Under the pieces are notes generated by a model. That model had not been told where the DNA came from. It did no database searches and saw nothing but the letters and a program-made list of their open reading frames with translations. From Azolla caroliniana (taxonomy: Eukaryota > Plantae > Polypodiophyta): DNA of 64,000 nt. Where the stretch lies: NCBI GenBank assembly GCA_043228905.1, contig JBHGNT010000015.1, positions 9,052,001-9,116,000 of the forward strand, written 5' to 3'. Shown piece after piece: positions 13,806 to 25,700 of this stretch; within the stretch, counting starts at the first letter, position 1, and each line of letters opens with the position of its first letter. Made by a program: the position numbers and the translations under genes.

Positions 13806-14996
13806 CCCGAATACATCATTGTTGGCTATATAAAAAAAAACGATTCATTTAGTATACGCATATGTGGTCACTTATATACGTCTCTGATCGTATATATGTG
13901 ATATATTGACATATGTGTATATTTTAGATTACGTGATTCATATCAAATGTTTTCCTAATTGGGGAGAGGATTTTGGTGGCCGTCCTCACATTTTTGTGAG
14001 AATGGCGTTGTCACCATCCCTTTTATCAACAATTTTTATTGTTGAAATTCCCGTTGGTCACTTTGATCCTTCGTTACGTAACGAACCTCGTATAGCCAAA
14101 ATGATGTTGAATACGTCGGGCTTGATCCACATCAAGTAGGGTCGCTCTAATGACACACGTATCCAACATCTCCCCTCGTTACATGGATACGATGCCACCA
14201 TGAGCTCGTTCTTACGAGCGCCATTCGTAATGACGTGACCATGTGATGGGCCACATGAGCCTACGAAGACACAAGGGCTCATTCGGCTTGACCATTAGGT
14301 TACACTTTGGCATATGCCATTGTACTTACGAGGCTTGAGGGTAGGTAGCGTACAACCATAGTGGGTAATAAATGAGGGAGAAATAAGGCCACTTGACCTA
14401 TATGTTTCTTTTAAAAAAAACATATAGGGGCAAATGCCTCGCATATCTCGAATACGCCTCAAACATTAAACATTCAAGACGCGCAGCGCAATCTACTTGG
14501 TTGGCTCAAGTGTTTAATGTATTTGTCCTCGAGGTCTCGAGTTCAAATATGACCAACACCATACAACATCGTTGATACATATGACTATAATACATGTTTA
14601 GACTTTAGGTCTAAGTGCACTTCGGGGTCCTCGTAATAGGACTTAAAGAGCCGAAACCACATATGTGGGCACAGAAACATAGTTATTGTTAACATTTTTT
14701 TCGTGTATAAACTATTCATGACGCGAACATACATGGTTGAGCCTCGGGGAGCCGCCATGAAAAAAATCGATATAGAGATCAGGGAAAGGCATTCATTTGT
14801 CACCCCCATGGTTTTTAAAACACCTCTGTGTTACCATAGTAACCTGATCTTGAACCTCATCTCATACGTCTAGAGGGGTATTGACGTGAGATCATGATAT
14901 CGATTAATGTTTGCCCATGATATGTTTACACCACGACAAGATGTTATGACTATTTGTCTGACCTTATCTTATTTCTTTGCCAGAAATAATCATTCA

Positions 14997-17900
14997 ATGG
15001 CTCAGAATAACGACCCGATGCCCTCCGCTCAAGCGGAAAGAACTCAAGGAAATCCTCCTGGGACAATGTCCATTGAGGCGTATATTTTACAAGTACAACA
15101 TTTCCTTAGTTCAACCGCGCAGCAGTTGACCGAATTTCGGCAATCTCAAAGTGCTCTCGAGGCACGAGTCATTAGTCTCCAAAATGAGATTAATAGACCT
15201 GATGAGCGTTAGGGTGAACCATCATTTGTCGTAAAGCCATTTACGGGAGATAAAAAGGAAAGAACCGAAGAAGCAATCTGCACGTGGCTGGGCCGATGGG
15301 AGTCTCATTTTGAGCTCTATCCCACGCCAGATAGTACGAAGATTGCATATGTCGGCCGAGAACTAGGGGGTAAGGCCGCCGCTTGGTGGCGTGGGCTCCG
15401 AACTTTGGGGAGATTGCCCGAGACCTGGACAGACTTTGTCACAGTTTTCAAGGGTCAATTTCTACAACCTCCCTCTCGAACCGAGGCAGCACAAGCTTTA
15501 ATGAACCTCTCTAGCAGGAAGTTTTCCTCGCTAGAAGACTATGTCCACCATGCTAGAACCCAAATCCAAAAATCGGGTCTAGAAGGGGACAATTGGTTAA
15601 TAGCTTGTTTTGTCAATGGCATCCCCAATTCGGACTATCACTGGATAGTGCACGATAAGGATCCAAAATCCTTCGAAGAGGCCGTTGAGATAGTTCTTCG
15701 CTATCAACGCACTTCGAAGAAGGACCATAACAAACCCAACGAAGCGCCCGGGACTAAGCAGTCGCAATTCGTTGGGAAACGCAAGACACCCAACGAATTC
15801 ATGGATCGCGATTATAAGCAACAACATCCTTTTTGCGTATTCTGCAAAAAGAAGGGTCATACAAAAGAGCAATGTCGTAAGCTCCAACGAAAAGAGCACG
15901 ACGCCAAACCTAAAGCTACAGACCATAAAGGTCAGATTCCTAATGTCCTTCAGGTCTATACACATCATTTGAGTAATTGTCAATGTTCTTTCCCTCATTA
16001 TGTATTGGGTCCCAATGATTTACTACGTGCAAACGGGTATATCAATGGATCTCCCGTACAATTTTTATTTGATTCGGGAAGCTCACACAATTTTGTGAAT
16101 GATCGTTTGGTACAGATATGGGGAATCCAACCCACCGTAAGTGATCACACCTACACGGTGCACTTGGCTGATGGAAGAGTACAACACATCAACGGGGCGA
16201 TTCATTCTTTAGGAATTTCTATTGATACCTATATAGAGGAAGTAGACTTCCATGTAATGAATCTTAGTACCATCGATGTAATACTGGGTTATCCCTGGTT
16301 TTATAATAAAAGCTCTTCTTTATTTATTGATTGGGTTCGCCATTCCATTTCTTTTGTACTCAACGATTGTACGCATTTTATTCAATGTGTAACAAAACAA
16401 TCCCTCTCGATTGTTTCCTCGTGTCCATCAATATCCGAGTTGTCTTGTTCTACGTTATTTTATTGTGTACTTGATCCGGACATTCACGTTTACAATATCG
16501 ATAATGTCTCGGGTCAATTAACATATTTTGAACAAAAACAACTTGATGAAATCGTAAACGATTTTCGTGATGTTTTTCCGAGTGAACTACCCGATGGTTT
16601 ACCTCCTAAACGTAATATAGACCATCGTATAGATATTGTACCTGGCATTGCACCCATTAGTATACCTCCGTATCGCCTAAGTCGATCTGAAGAGGATGAG
16701 GTAGCTAAGCAACTTAAGGACTATTTACGAATGGGTTATATACGTTATAGTAAATCTCCATGGGGTGCACCAGTTCTCTTGGTTAAAAAGAAAGAGGGCA
16801 CATGGCGTATGTGTATTAATTACCGACGCTTGAATAAAGTGACGATCAAGAATTCATACCCATTGCCCCGGGCTGACGATCTAATTGACCGTCTCCAGGG
16901 AGCTCGGTATTTTACAAAACTTGATCTCCGTACTGGCTACCATCAAATACGAATAAGTGAGGACGATGTTCCTAAAACAGCATTTCGTACACGCTACGGC
17001 CATTATGAGTTTTTGGTTATGCCTTTTGGTTTGACCAATGCTCCGGCTACATTTCAACAAGAAATGAATGACATTTTCCGAGAACAACTTGGAAAATTTG
17101 TCGTTATCTTCTTAGATGATATTTTAGTTTATAGCCGTACATTACAAGAACATGCTACACATGTCCGCTTTGTTTTACAAATATTGCGTGACAAACAATT
17201 TTACGCGAAGATCTCAAAATGTGAGTTCTTCAAGAAATCAATTACTTATCTTGGACATCTCATAACCGAACGAGGAGTTGAAATTGATCCTTCTCGCATC
17301 GAGAAAATCAAGCTTTGGCCCACTCTTCGGAATATTCGAGAAGTTCGATCATTCCTTGGTTTTGTCGGATTTTTGCGAAAATCTCTTCGTAATTACTCAC
17401 AATTGACGACGCCGTTTACTGATCTTCTAAAAGGTCAAACGCGTAAGTCTACAAAACCTATTGTGTGGAATGCTACACTAGACCTCGCCTTTAAGGAACT
17501 CAAGGACTTGGTATGCAAGGCTCCTTCACTTCTTTTACCCGATCCTTCAAAACCTTTTGAGGTTGAAACCGACGCAAGCGATTATGCTATAGGTGCTGTC
17601 TTGTATCAAGATGGTAAACCAATAGCATTCGAGAGTAAGAAACTTGATTCTGCTCAATGTCGGTATACCGTTCAAGAAAAGGAATTATTTGCGGTTATAC
17701 ATGCGCTCAAAACATGGCGCCATTATCTTTATGGAAATCGCTTTGTGGTAACTACGGACCACGAGTCCTTGAAATATTTTTGTGACCAACAAGACCTGAA
17801 AGGTCGTAAGGCACGATGGGCTGATCTCATCCAGGACTTTGATTTTTCCATACGATATCGTAAAGGTTCCATGAATACTGTCGCTGATGCACTAAGTCGC

Positions 17901-19429
17901 ATCCGTGAAGTTAACATGCTTAGCTTCACTGAAATAACATCAGATCTTTATGATCACCTTCGAGGAAAGTATCCTGATGACAATTATTTTGCAAAATACT
18001 GGGCAAGAGTCGAGTCTGGAACAGACACCACCACACCCTCGAAGGAATACTTCCACATTGTTATCGGTCTGCTCTACCGTAATGGGAAGGTTTGTGTTCC
18101 AGATTTACCTGAGGTCAAAAAGAGAATTCTTTTTGAATGCCATGATGCACCCTCAACAGGGCACCCTGGAATACATCGTACACTCGTTCTCATCTCCACT
18201 CAATTTTATTGGCCTAAGATGCGTCCTGACATACATAGCTATGTGACTAAATGTCACCAATGTCAGGTTAACAAAGCCGAGCGACTTAAAGCCGCAGGAC
18301 TTTTACATCCCTTGGACATTCCCAATAATAAGTGGGAAAGTATATCCATGGATTTTATTGTTAGCCTTCCTCGCACCCAAAAAGGTCAGGATGCCATATG
18401 GGTTGTGGTTGACAGACTAACTAAAATGGCCAGATTTATTGCTACTAAAACCACGGTAACAGCTCCTGAATTGGCTTACCAATTCGTTGATGAGTTATTT
18501 CGTTTTTACGGGTTACCGATGGATATCGTGAGTGACCGAGATCCGAAATTTACTAGTGACTTCTGGACGCAAGTCTTTAAGAAGTTAGAAACTACGTTGA
18601 GCATGAGCTCCATGGATCATCCTCAATCCGATGGACAGACAGAACGAGTAAATCAAATTATTGAGGACATGCTTCGAGCATACGTTGGTGCAAAACCAAC
18701 AAAATGGGAACGTTACCTCCCAATTTTGGAGTTTGCTTATAACAGCTCCAAGCATACGTCGACGGGATATAGTCCTTTTATGTTGATGTATGGATTTCAG
18801 CCACGAGCCCCGATTGATGTTAATATACATCATGATGAGTTGCGAAGTACGCAAAATTTCTTCGGGATATGCAAAATATGTTGCATATTGCACGGGATAA
18901 TATAAAAACAGCTCAAGATAGAGCGCGTTTTTATGCCGATCATCACAGGCAACCTCGTGTATTCAGCCCTGGATAGAAGGTATTTTTACGTGTACCTCAC
19001 AATTCTAAGACATTGTCTACGGGTAAGTGCGCTAAGTTAGCCCCACGGTTTTGTGGACCTTTTACAGTCCTCAAACGCATTGGATCATCAGCCTATCGTC
19101 TCGCTCTTCTCGATGGTGTTGGAATCCATCCAGTCTTTCATGTAAGTCGTCTAAAAGAACTTCTAGGTTCTGGCGACAATACAGTTACAACTGAAACTCT
19201 GGTTACTTCTGAAGATTTATCTTCTAAACCACATGTACCAGAAAGAATTCTCGATGTTAAAACAAAAAAATTACGTGCTAAGGAAATCCGAGAATTTAAA
19301 ATAAAATGGATGGATAAATCAATCAAAGATGCCACATGGGAACGCGAAACGACTCTAAGAACTAACTTCCCTAACTTTCCATTGCAAGAGTGCAATGTTT
19401 TAAAGAGGGGGAGTATGTTACGGGCATGA
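14997..19429 (+). pseudogene. gag-pol of Gypsy B with C-terminal chromodomain; near intact (TAG 15210, 1-bp frameshift ~18860, TAG 18974)
   Basis: 1166-aa ORF 15405-18905 with CCHC, DSG protease, FLDD RT, RNaseH (TDAS), HHCC/DDE integrase; ORF 19013-19429 with GPF and chromodomain PERILD...IKW...DATWE. Confidence 0.95.
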
Positions 19430-19880
19430 CCATATAATATCCCGTGGTGAGAATTGTCGTAGTATTCTATACACGTGGATAAGTGTGAGGGTTAAACAAA
19501 GAGTCTAAAGAAGGGGAGGATTACTTTTAATCCTCGGGATTGAGACAACCCATGAGGCCAAGTGTGAACATGGCTGGGGGCCTTGAGAATTACTATAAAT
19601 AAGAGGCCTAGCTACCCTCATTTCATCATGCATTGACTACGTCGAGACTCTGTCCGTGAGTGGAACGACTCTTGTAGCAAGCGCGCTATCGTCCAGGTAC
19701 GACTCGACGCCAAGGCGGTGGTATGGGACGCCGATCGAGGCTCGAGTCCGTCTCGATCCCTTCGCTCGGGGGTGGTTGGGTGGATCGGCACCCTTCTTTC
19801 TCTCTTTTCTCTCTATTCTTTCTAGATCTATCATTGATATATCCTTATTTTATGCTTACTTTAGTACCTAATCTCTAATA
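19416..19880 (+). repeat. 3' LTR of Gypsy B
   Basis: TGTTAC...CTAATA followed by TSD AGAAT. Confidence 0.97.
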
Positions 19881-20904
19881 AGAATGCCTTATGGGATTTC
19901 TTGACAGATGTTGCACAAAACCTGACTCGAAAGCCACATGGACAACGATTTAAAGACACATCTAAGGCAATTTTTGTCATGATTAAAATGTAGGGTAGAC
20001 CAATATTACACAACGTTGTTTCTAAAAATTAGGATAGACCATCATTAAGCACTACAAAGAGATTTGAGAGAAAGGCAACTTCTTAGGGTTTTCTTTTTAT
20101 ATAGTTGGTCTTTATGAGGGTAACCTTTATTGTAATAAGTTTTTTAAGTAGACATTGCAATAACAAAATGATTTATTTTATTTCATTTTGATTTGGGTAA
20201 GAATATGTGAATAGATGATGTCTTACATTTCAAATGGAAACATAAAATAGGTTGCCATTTGTTTGATCAATGTGTTTGAGAAAAATAATGTTATGGCTTC
20301 ATATAAGTCTGTCCATGAAACCAAACATAATTTTAATTTGTTAGTAATTTCATTATTGATATGCATTTTGGATTGTTCCATGTGTGCTCTTTGAGATATA
20401 TATGCCAAATTCAAGATTGTTTTATTGTAAAATTACATTGTTTTTTATCACGCTATATTCTTCATATGTCTCAATAAACTAACAAAAAAACTTATATGTG
20501 GCTTATATATGTTATATCTCTAGTGTTTTTGGGTAATGTTTCCTAATTGTGTGTGCATTACTTTGTACTTTACACATTGTGTTTTCAATCTATGTGGCGG
20601 CACTTGATGAAGCATTTCTAGGAAGTGCATATGATGTTTAATGTTCATTCATAATTTTGCGAGTCATCAATTGTAAAGGCGGTCATTCATCCCTTCTAGG
20701 ATTGGAAACTATGTGTGCATGTATATTTTATGTGTAAGGGTATTTAAAATAGGTGGTTATAAAAAAAAAAATTAGTAGTAAGGGGTATTTTTATTAATCC
20801 TTTTTCTACAAAAGGGTCACTAAACTAGTAAAAACCATATGTATAAGGGGTTTATAAATGATGTCATGAACGCACATGATACAACCGTCTTATATATAGT
20901 GGAG

Positions 20905-21826
20905 TCCCCGGGATCCGATTCGACTATGTCATCTTCGAACTAGGCTCTTGATAACATATCCACTACCGCGTTGTCTTTTCCCGAGATGTGTCGAACCTCC
21001 GGATTAAGTGACTTAACATATGCAATCCATCTTTGCATAGCCACATTTGGTACCGTGCAACATCACATCATCCTGAGTATTGGAAGACAATCCATTTTTA
21101 TCACTACTTCGGCTCTGATCAACTAATCTCAATCTGATTTTATTTCTGACACGACTCCACATAATTCTCTTTTTACTTGTACATATCCACATCGTCTTTT
21201 GTTAGGAACCTTTGCTCTGAATTGAATTGGATATCGTGAACCATTTGAGTCGACTTGGTTGATGACCCATCCAATCCTAGTTGGACTTGTATCAACCGTG
21301 AGTATGACCAGTCAGTCATAGTTCGGCTTCTTAAGTGCTTCCGCCCTCCGTAATGTATTCTTGAGCTATTTCATGGCTTTGGTACATTCTGGTTTCCATT
21401 TGAACTTCTTACCCTTCCGCATCAAGTGATAGAGTGAGTTTGCAATGTGTGCATAGTGCGGAATCCATATGTGATAAAATGCACATGCACCAAGAAACCT
21501 ACAAACCTCGGATTGTGACTCACATATTTCCTTCATAGCTTGAATCGCATCGATCTTGACTGGTGATGGTCTTCGGCCGTAAGGCCTACATAGATGTCCG
21601 ACTACCAGTATCTCTTTTTGTCTGAATGCCAATTTCTCTCCGTAGAGTGTTAAATGCACATCTTCTAACTTCTATAGCACTTTCTCACAGTTGCGAATAT
21701 GGTCAACTACGAACTTTCGACATCCTCGATCATCCACATTCTCATCCTTTTGTTCCACCACACATCCTTTCATCGGAATGTCATCTAGGAAGGACATTGT
21801 TATCTCCGGGATGCAATCCGGAAGCA
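20905..21826 (-). pseudogene. Gypsy RT-RNaseH fragment of the same family as element C (inverted)
   Basis: LTLYGEKLAFRQKEILVVGHLC...FLGACAFYHIWIPHYA is homologous to 25890-26810. Confidence 0.9.
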
Positions 21827-21830
21827 GCGT

Positions 21831-22725
21831 TGTCGTAGTGTAATTCGCACACTACGTGAAAATTGCATTTTTGTCCCTCCGGATGGGACAAGGAGGAACC
21901 AGTAAGGCGAACCCGTGAGAACCAGATGAAGGAGGAATTAGTAAGGAGGAACTGGTAAGGAGGACCCGGTAAGGAGAACCGGATAAAGGAGGGACCGGCA
22001 AGGAGGACCCAGTAAGAACCGGGTCAAGGAGCCGGATAAAGAAGGCCGGTGAGAGTCTCTAACCGGATGAAGAGGCAAATTTGTAAATAGAAGAAAAGAT
22101 TGTTACGTGCATAGGGCAAAATTCAAACCCTGTACCTCCACGTAGACAAACCCCAACCTTACCATTGTACTAACTTATCCTAAGTGTTTTAAATATAAAT
22201 TTAATACGTATAAGACCTTTATTTACGCCTACCTTTATTAAAAGGTAAGTCATACATTTTTAGAATGCGTGAATACTTTATTTATAAGAAAAATGTACAC
22301 CAATAAAAAATTACTCATGCACATCTAGCGAGCATGAGCACTATATTTAGGAAATAAAAGCATAGTGTAAAAAGCAACTCATGCACATGTAGTGTGCATG
22401 AACACTTTAGAAAAAGCATGAATCTATGCTTCGCCTCTTCCATCCTTATATGAGGAGAGAAAGATGTATAGTGTTGTTGATTAGTTTGTAAGGATTGACA
22501 AATATAATATATTCGTGGGATTCACGAATTTGTCATCTAATTTATCTCCTACTGTGTAAATATTGATTAAATACACTAAACTCATGGGATTCACGAGATT
22601 CATAACTTACCTCTCTTTCTACCTATTCAATACTAGCCTTATCTCATATTGTTCTTTCTCCTAGTCCAAAACCTCAGTGGTTCCCACCCGACTCACGCAA
22701 CGATCCGGAGCCGAAAGGCACGACA
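21831..22725 (+). repeat. 5' LTR of element C (895 bp) with CCGG-rich tandem repeats ~21890-22075
   Basis: Both ends match solo LTR 48851-49721 (reverse strand). Confidence 0.92.
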
Positions 22726-22729
22726 CAAG

Positions 22730-22747
22730 TGGTGAACCTGATGTGAA
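22730..22747 (+). promoter_or_regulatory. Primer binding site complementary to the 3' end of tRNA-Trp
   Basis: TGGTGAACCTGATGTGAA vs TGGTGAACCCGACGTGAA expected from plant tRNA-Trp (recalled sequence); two CpG C>T changes. Confidence 0.8.
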
Positions 22748-22763
22748 ACTGGGTGGCAAGGAG

Positions 22764-25700
22764 ATGGAAAATCAACTGGGGGCTAACAACATGATGGCGA
22801 TGTTTGAGCGGATGCTACAAGAACAACGCGCGATGTTGGAGATTACGGCGGAAGTAGAGTAGCTTGTGCAACGGAACGGGCAATTCAACGGGAAAGACGT
22901 GTCGCGATATTTGCGAGATTACAAGGCGGAAATGCTACCATGCGGGATTTCGGAAGGACTACAAGTGACATCCTTCAATCGGGTGGCGACCGATGGGCTT
23001 CAGGGGAGTATCCACGGGATACGGCAGCAAAATCCGACATGGGAGGCATATGAAGAGGCGCTAAAGACCACGTTCGCCATCGAGGACTCCTCCAAGGCAA
23101 CGAGGAGGGGATTCGAAGAATGGGTGGAAACACTAGATAAGGGGATGAAGGTCCTCGATGTGTTTTTGTCATTCGAAAGTCAGTTTGGGAGGTTGTCTGC
23201 GAGAGATCAAGCTATCCTCACACTGGACAAAGTGATCATGTTCCTACGAGCCGTGGACATCCGGAACCGGAAAGATCTTGGAGTGCTTTTGGAAGACACG
23301 ACCACTGAGAGTGGCCTCACCGAAACATGGGAAAGTGTGCGGGATATCATCGCGCGATACACGAAGTGGGGGCAATGGCTTGCTAGCGAAGAAAAGAGGG
23401 TTTCAAATCCGATTCTGAAACCAAGATCCGGATTGGAAGACCATCAACCGAGGGCTTGGGAGACTACGACCGAGAAGGGAATCGATGCAACCATGGTGGA
23501 GCAGTTGCTGAAAGAAATGGAGAATCTAAAAATCGTGATGGTAAAGAAGTCAGATGACCATCCCATAAGCTCCAAGTATATGGACCGTCGATGCATATGG
23601 TGCGATAGCACCGAACTTGATCGGAGGGATTGCGAGGAGCACAAGGAGGTGTTACGACGAGGGAAATCAGATCCATTTGATGGATTCTCGGAAGCCACTC
23701 CGACTGAACTTCCGAAAATGCAGCATATAGAAGGTCCTTGAGGAGGAAATAACGGCGAAAAGCAATTATGCGACAATTACGGAACTACATGTCGGGGAGT
23801 CATTGGGAGCAAAGGCGTCTTTTTGGCCGGAAGTGCTAGAAAACCCCGAGAAAACTGATTCCAATGATATCCGAAGCACCGCGAAAGGCATCCGAGAAGC
23901 TACAGGATGGGAGTGTCCCATTGATAAGAATAGTGTACACTATGCCAATTGCATGAGGTGTATGTAGATGAGAAACGACGACGCACGAATGATGCAGCCG
24001 GACCATCAAAGCCACCAGAAAGCTGGAACTTCGGAGGGAAGGGGAAAGAAAAGACGATTCCGGCATTCATACACGCCTCGGACATCGAACAACAAACAGA
24101 CTTGAAAAAAGTGTTCGAGGAGAGAATCCTCGATAGCCGAGTGGAATTTTCGCTTCGGGAATTACTCGGAATAGCGAAGAAGGAGTTCCATGATCTTCTT
24201 GTGAATCTCGTGAAGAGAAAAAGACAAAGTACAAAGGAGAATGCTCCAAGGGTAAATGCGAACACGGTTTTAATGAATGATACCGAAGTGGAGGACGAAA
24301 TTCCGAACTCCCACTACACAAGGCCACACTGGGCACGTGCAACTACTGAGACTCCGGTCCGAATCGACAACATCAAAGAGCCCGTGCTAGCATTGATTGA
24401 TAACGGATCGGAGATCAATTTGATGTGCAAGGAGTTCTACCGGAAGGGGAAGTGTCCTATAAACACTAACCATGGGTGGAAGATCCGGGCTCCCACTAAA
24501 GCAACGAAAGATCTATTTGCGGCTTGTCCGGATGTGACGGTGAAGATCGGGGAGGTCGAGATCAACCAAAATTTCTTCATACAAGACAAGCTCTCACGTT
24601 CCGTGATCCTTGGGCAACCCTTTATCACGGCTTCACGGATGGAGACAAAGGTGCTCGATAGCGGTGCAGCTTTTGCACGAATTTGGAGCCAAAGCGGAGG
24701 GAAATCTGTCGAATTCCTAACTACGCTGTCAAATCATGAAAGGAACAAGAGAGAGCTCTTGTCCCAAACAAGGATGGATTTTTATAGCGGATTGTTGCGA
24801 AGTGGGGAAGTGATAGTCTGAGAAGCCTTGATACCCCACACAGGAAGAAAACTCTCGGAGCAAAACAAGTACGAATCGGTCGGAATGGGCATCTACGTAC
24901 ACGACCGTAACTGGAGCAAAGAAGAAAGAATACCAAAAAGTAGAGGATAAGTTGTGGTCGGCATCAATAATAAAAGAAGACAAAGAAATCGTGGGGGTAG
25001 TCGAAGAAGTGTTCTATCGGAGCACGCTACAACGGATTGAAGAGCTTGTGGAGGATAAAAGCCAAGCAGACCAGGTTGTCCTAGTGGAATCGGTTGAGAT
25101 GTATGAGATCATTGCGAAAATGGGGCCGAATGCGCTCCGCAAAGAAGAAGCAATGGTAAGTACGAAATACAAGACCGTGGAGAAGAAAGTGAAACCAGCC
25201 GCTGGACTGTTACCCGCCGATAGCGAGCAAAAGAGGAAAGAAGTCTCACAAGATCCGACACTTCGGAAGTCCGTGGATATCGGACATGCCTTCATGGATG
25301 AGACCCGGAAGAAACTTCGGATCGGTGGAGGTGGTTTCCTGTTACAAAATGAAGAAGAACGATTCCGTGGGATGTTGGAACAACATGGGAAAGCATTTGC
25401 ATTCACAACGAAGGAGATAGGGTGCGTTGATCCGAAGATGGTGGAGCCGATGGTGATCTTCACGATTGACCATGTGCCGTGGAACCTGAAGCCAATTCCA
25501 GTGCCGCAGGCGCATATTCCCAAAATCATCGACTTGCTCAAGGGAGAAGGTGGCGATGGGGATTCTAGAGCCATCAAACGCTCGGTATTCAAATCGATGG
25601 TTTACGGTTCTAAAGAAGAATGGGTCACTCCGATTTACCCAAGACTTGCAACCGGTGAACAAGGTCACGATTCGGAACTCTGGAGTCGGTCCGATAGTGG

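Larger units (their letters stand above)
12828..19880 (+). mobile_element. Ty3/Gypsy chromovirus, copy B (full length, very recent)
   Basis: LTRs 12828-13292 and 19416-19880 (465 bp, 1 mismatch seen); TSD AGAAT at 12823-12827 and 19881-19885; PBS TGGTATCAGAGC 13295-13306; PPT AAAGAGGGGGAG. Confidence 0.98.
11138..20085 (+). pseudogene. Decayed Cys-rich ORF, possibly the N-terminal half of a P-element-like transposase; split by Gypsy B (pieces 11138-12827 and 19886-~20085)
   Basis: Reading continues across the TSD: ...AHRAQKFGGK|NALWDFLTDVAQNLTRKPHGQRFKDTSK...DRPSLSTTKR; CxxC motifs (WCNEC, TCEKC); family call is inference. Confidence 0.45.

Noticed and set aside
15198-15222. CTGATGAG hammerhead core in Gypsy A/B
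   Set aside because: Lies in gag coding sequence (RPDER) and has no GAAA or stems
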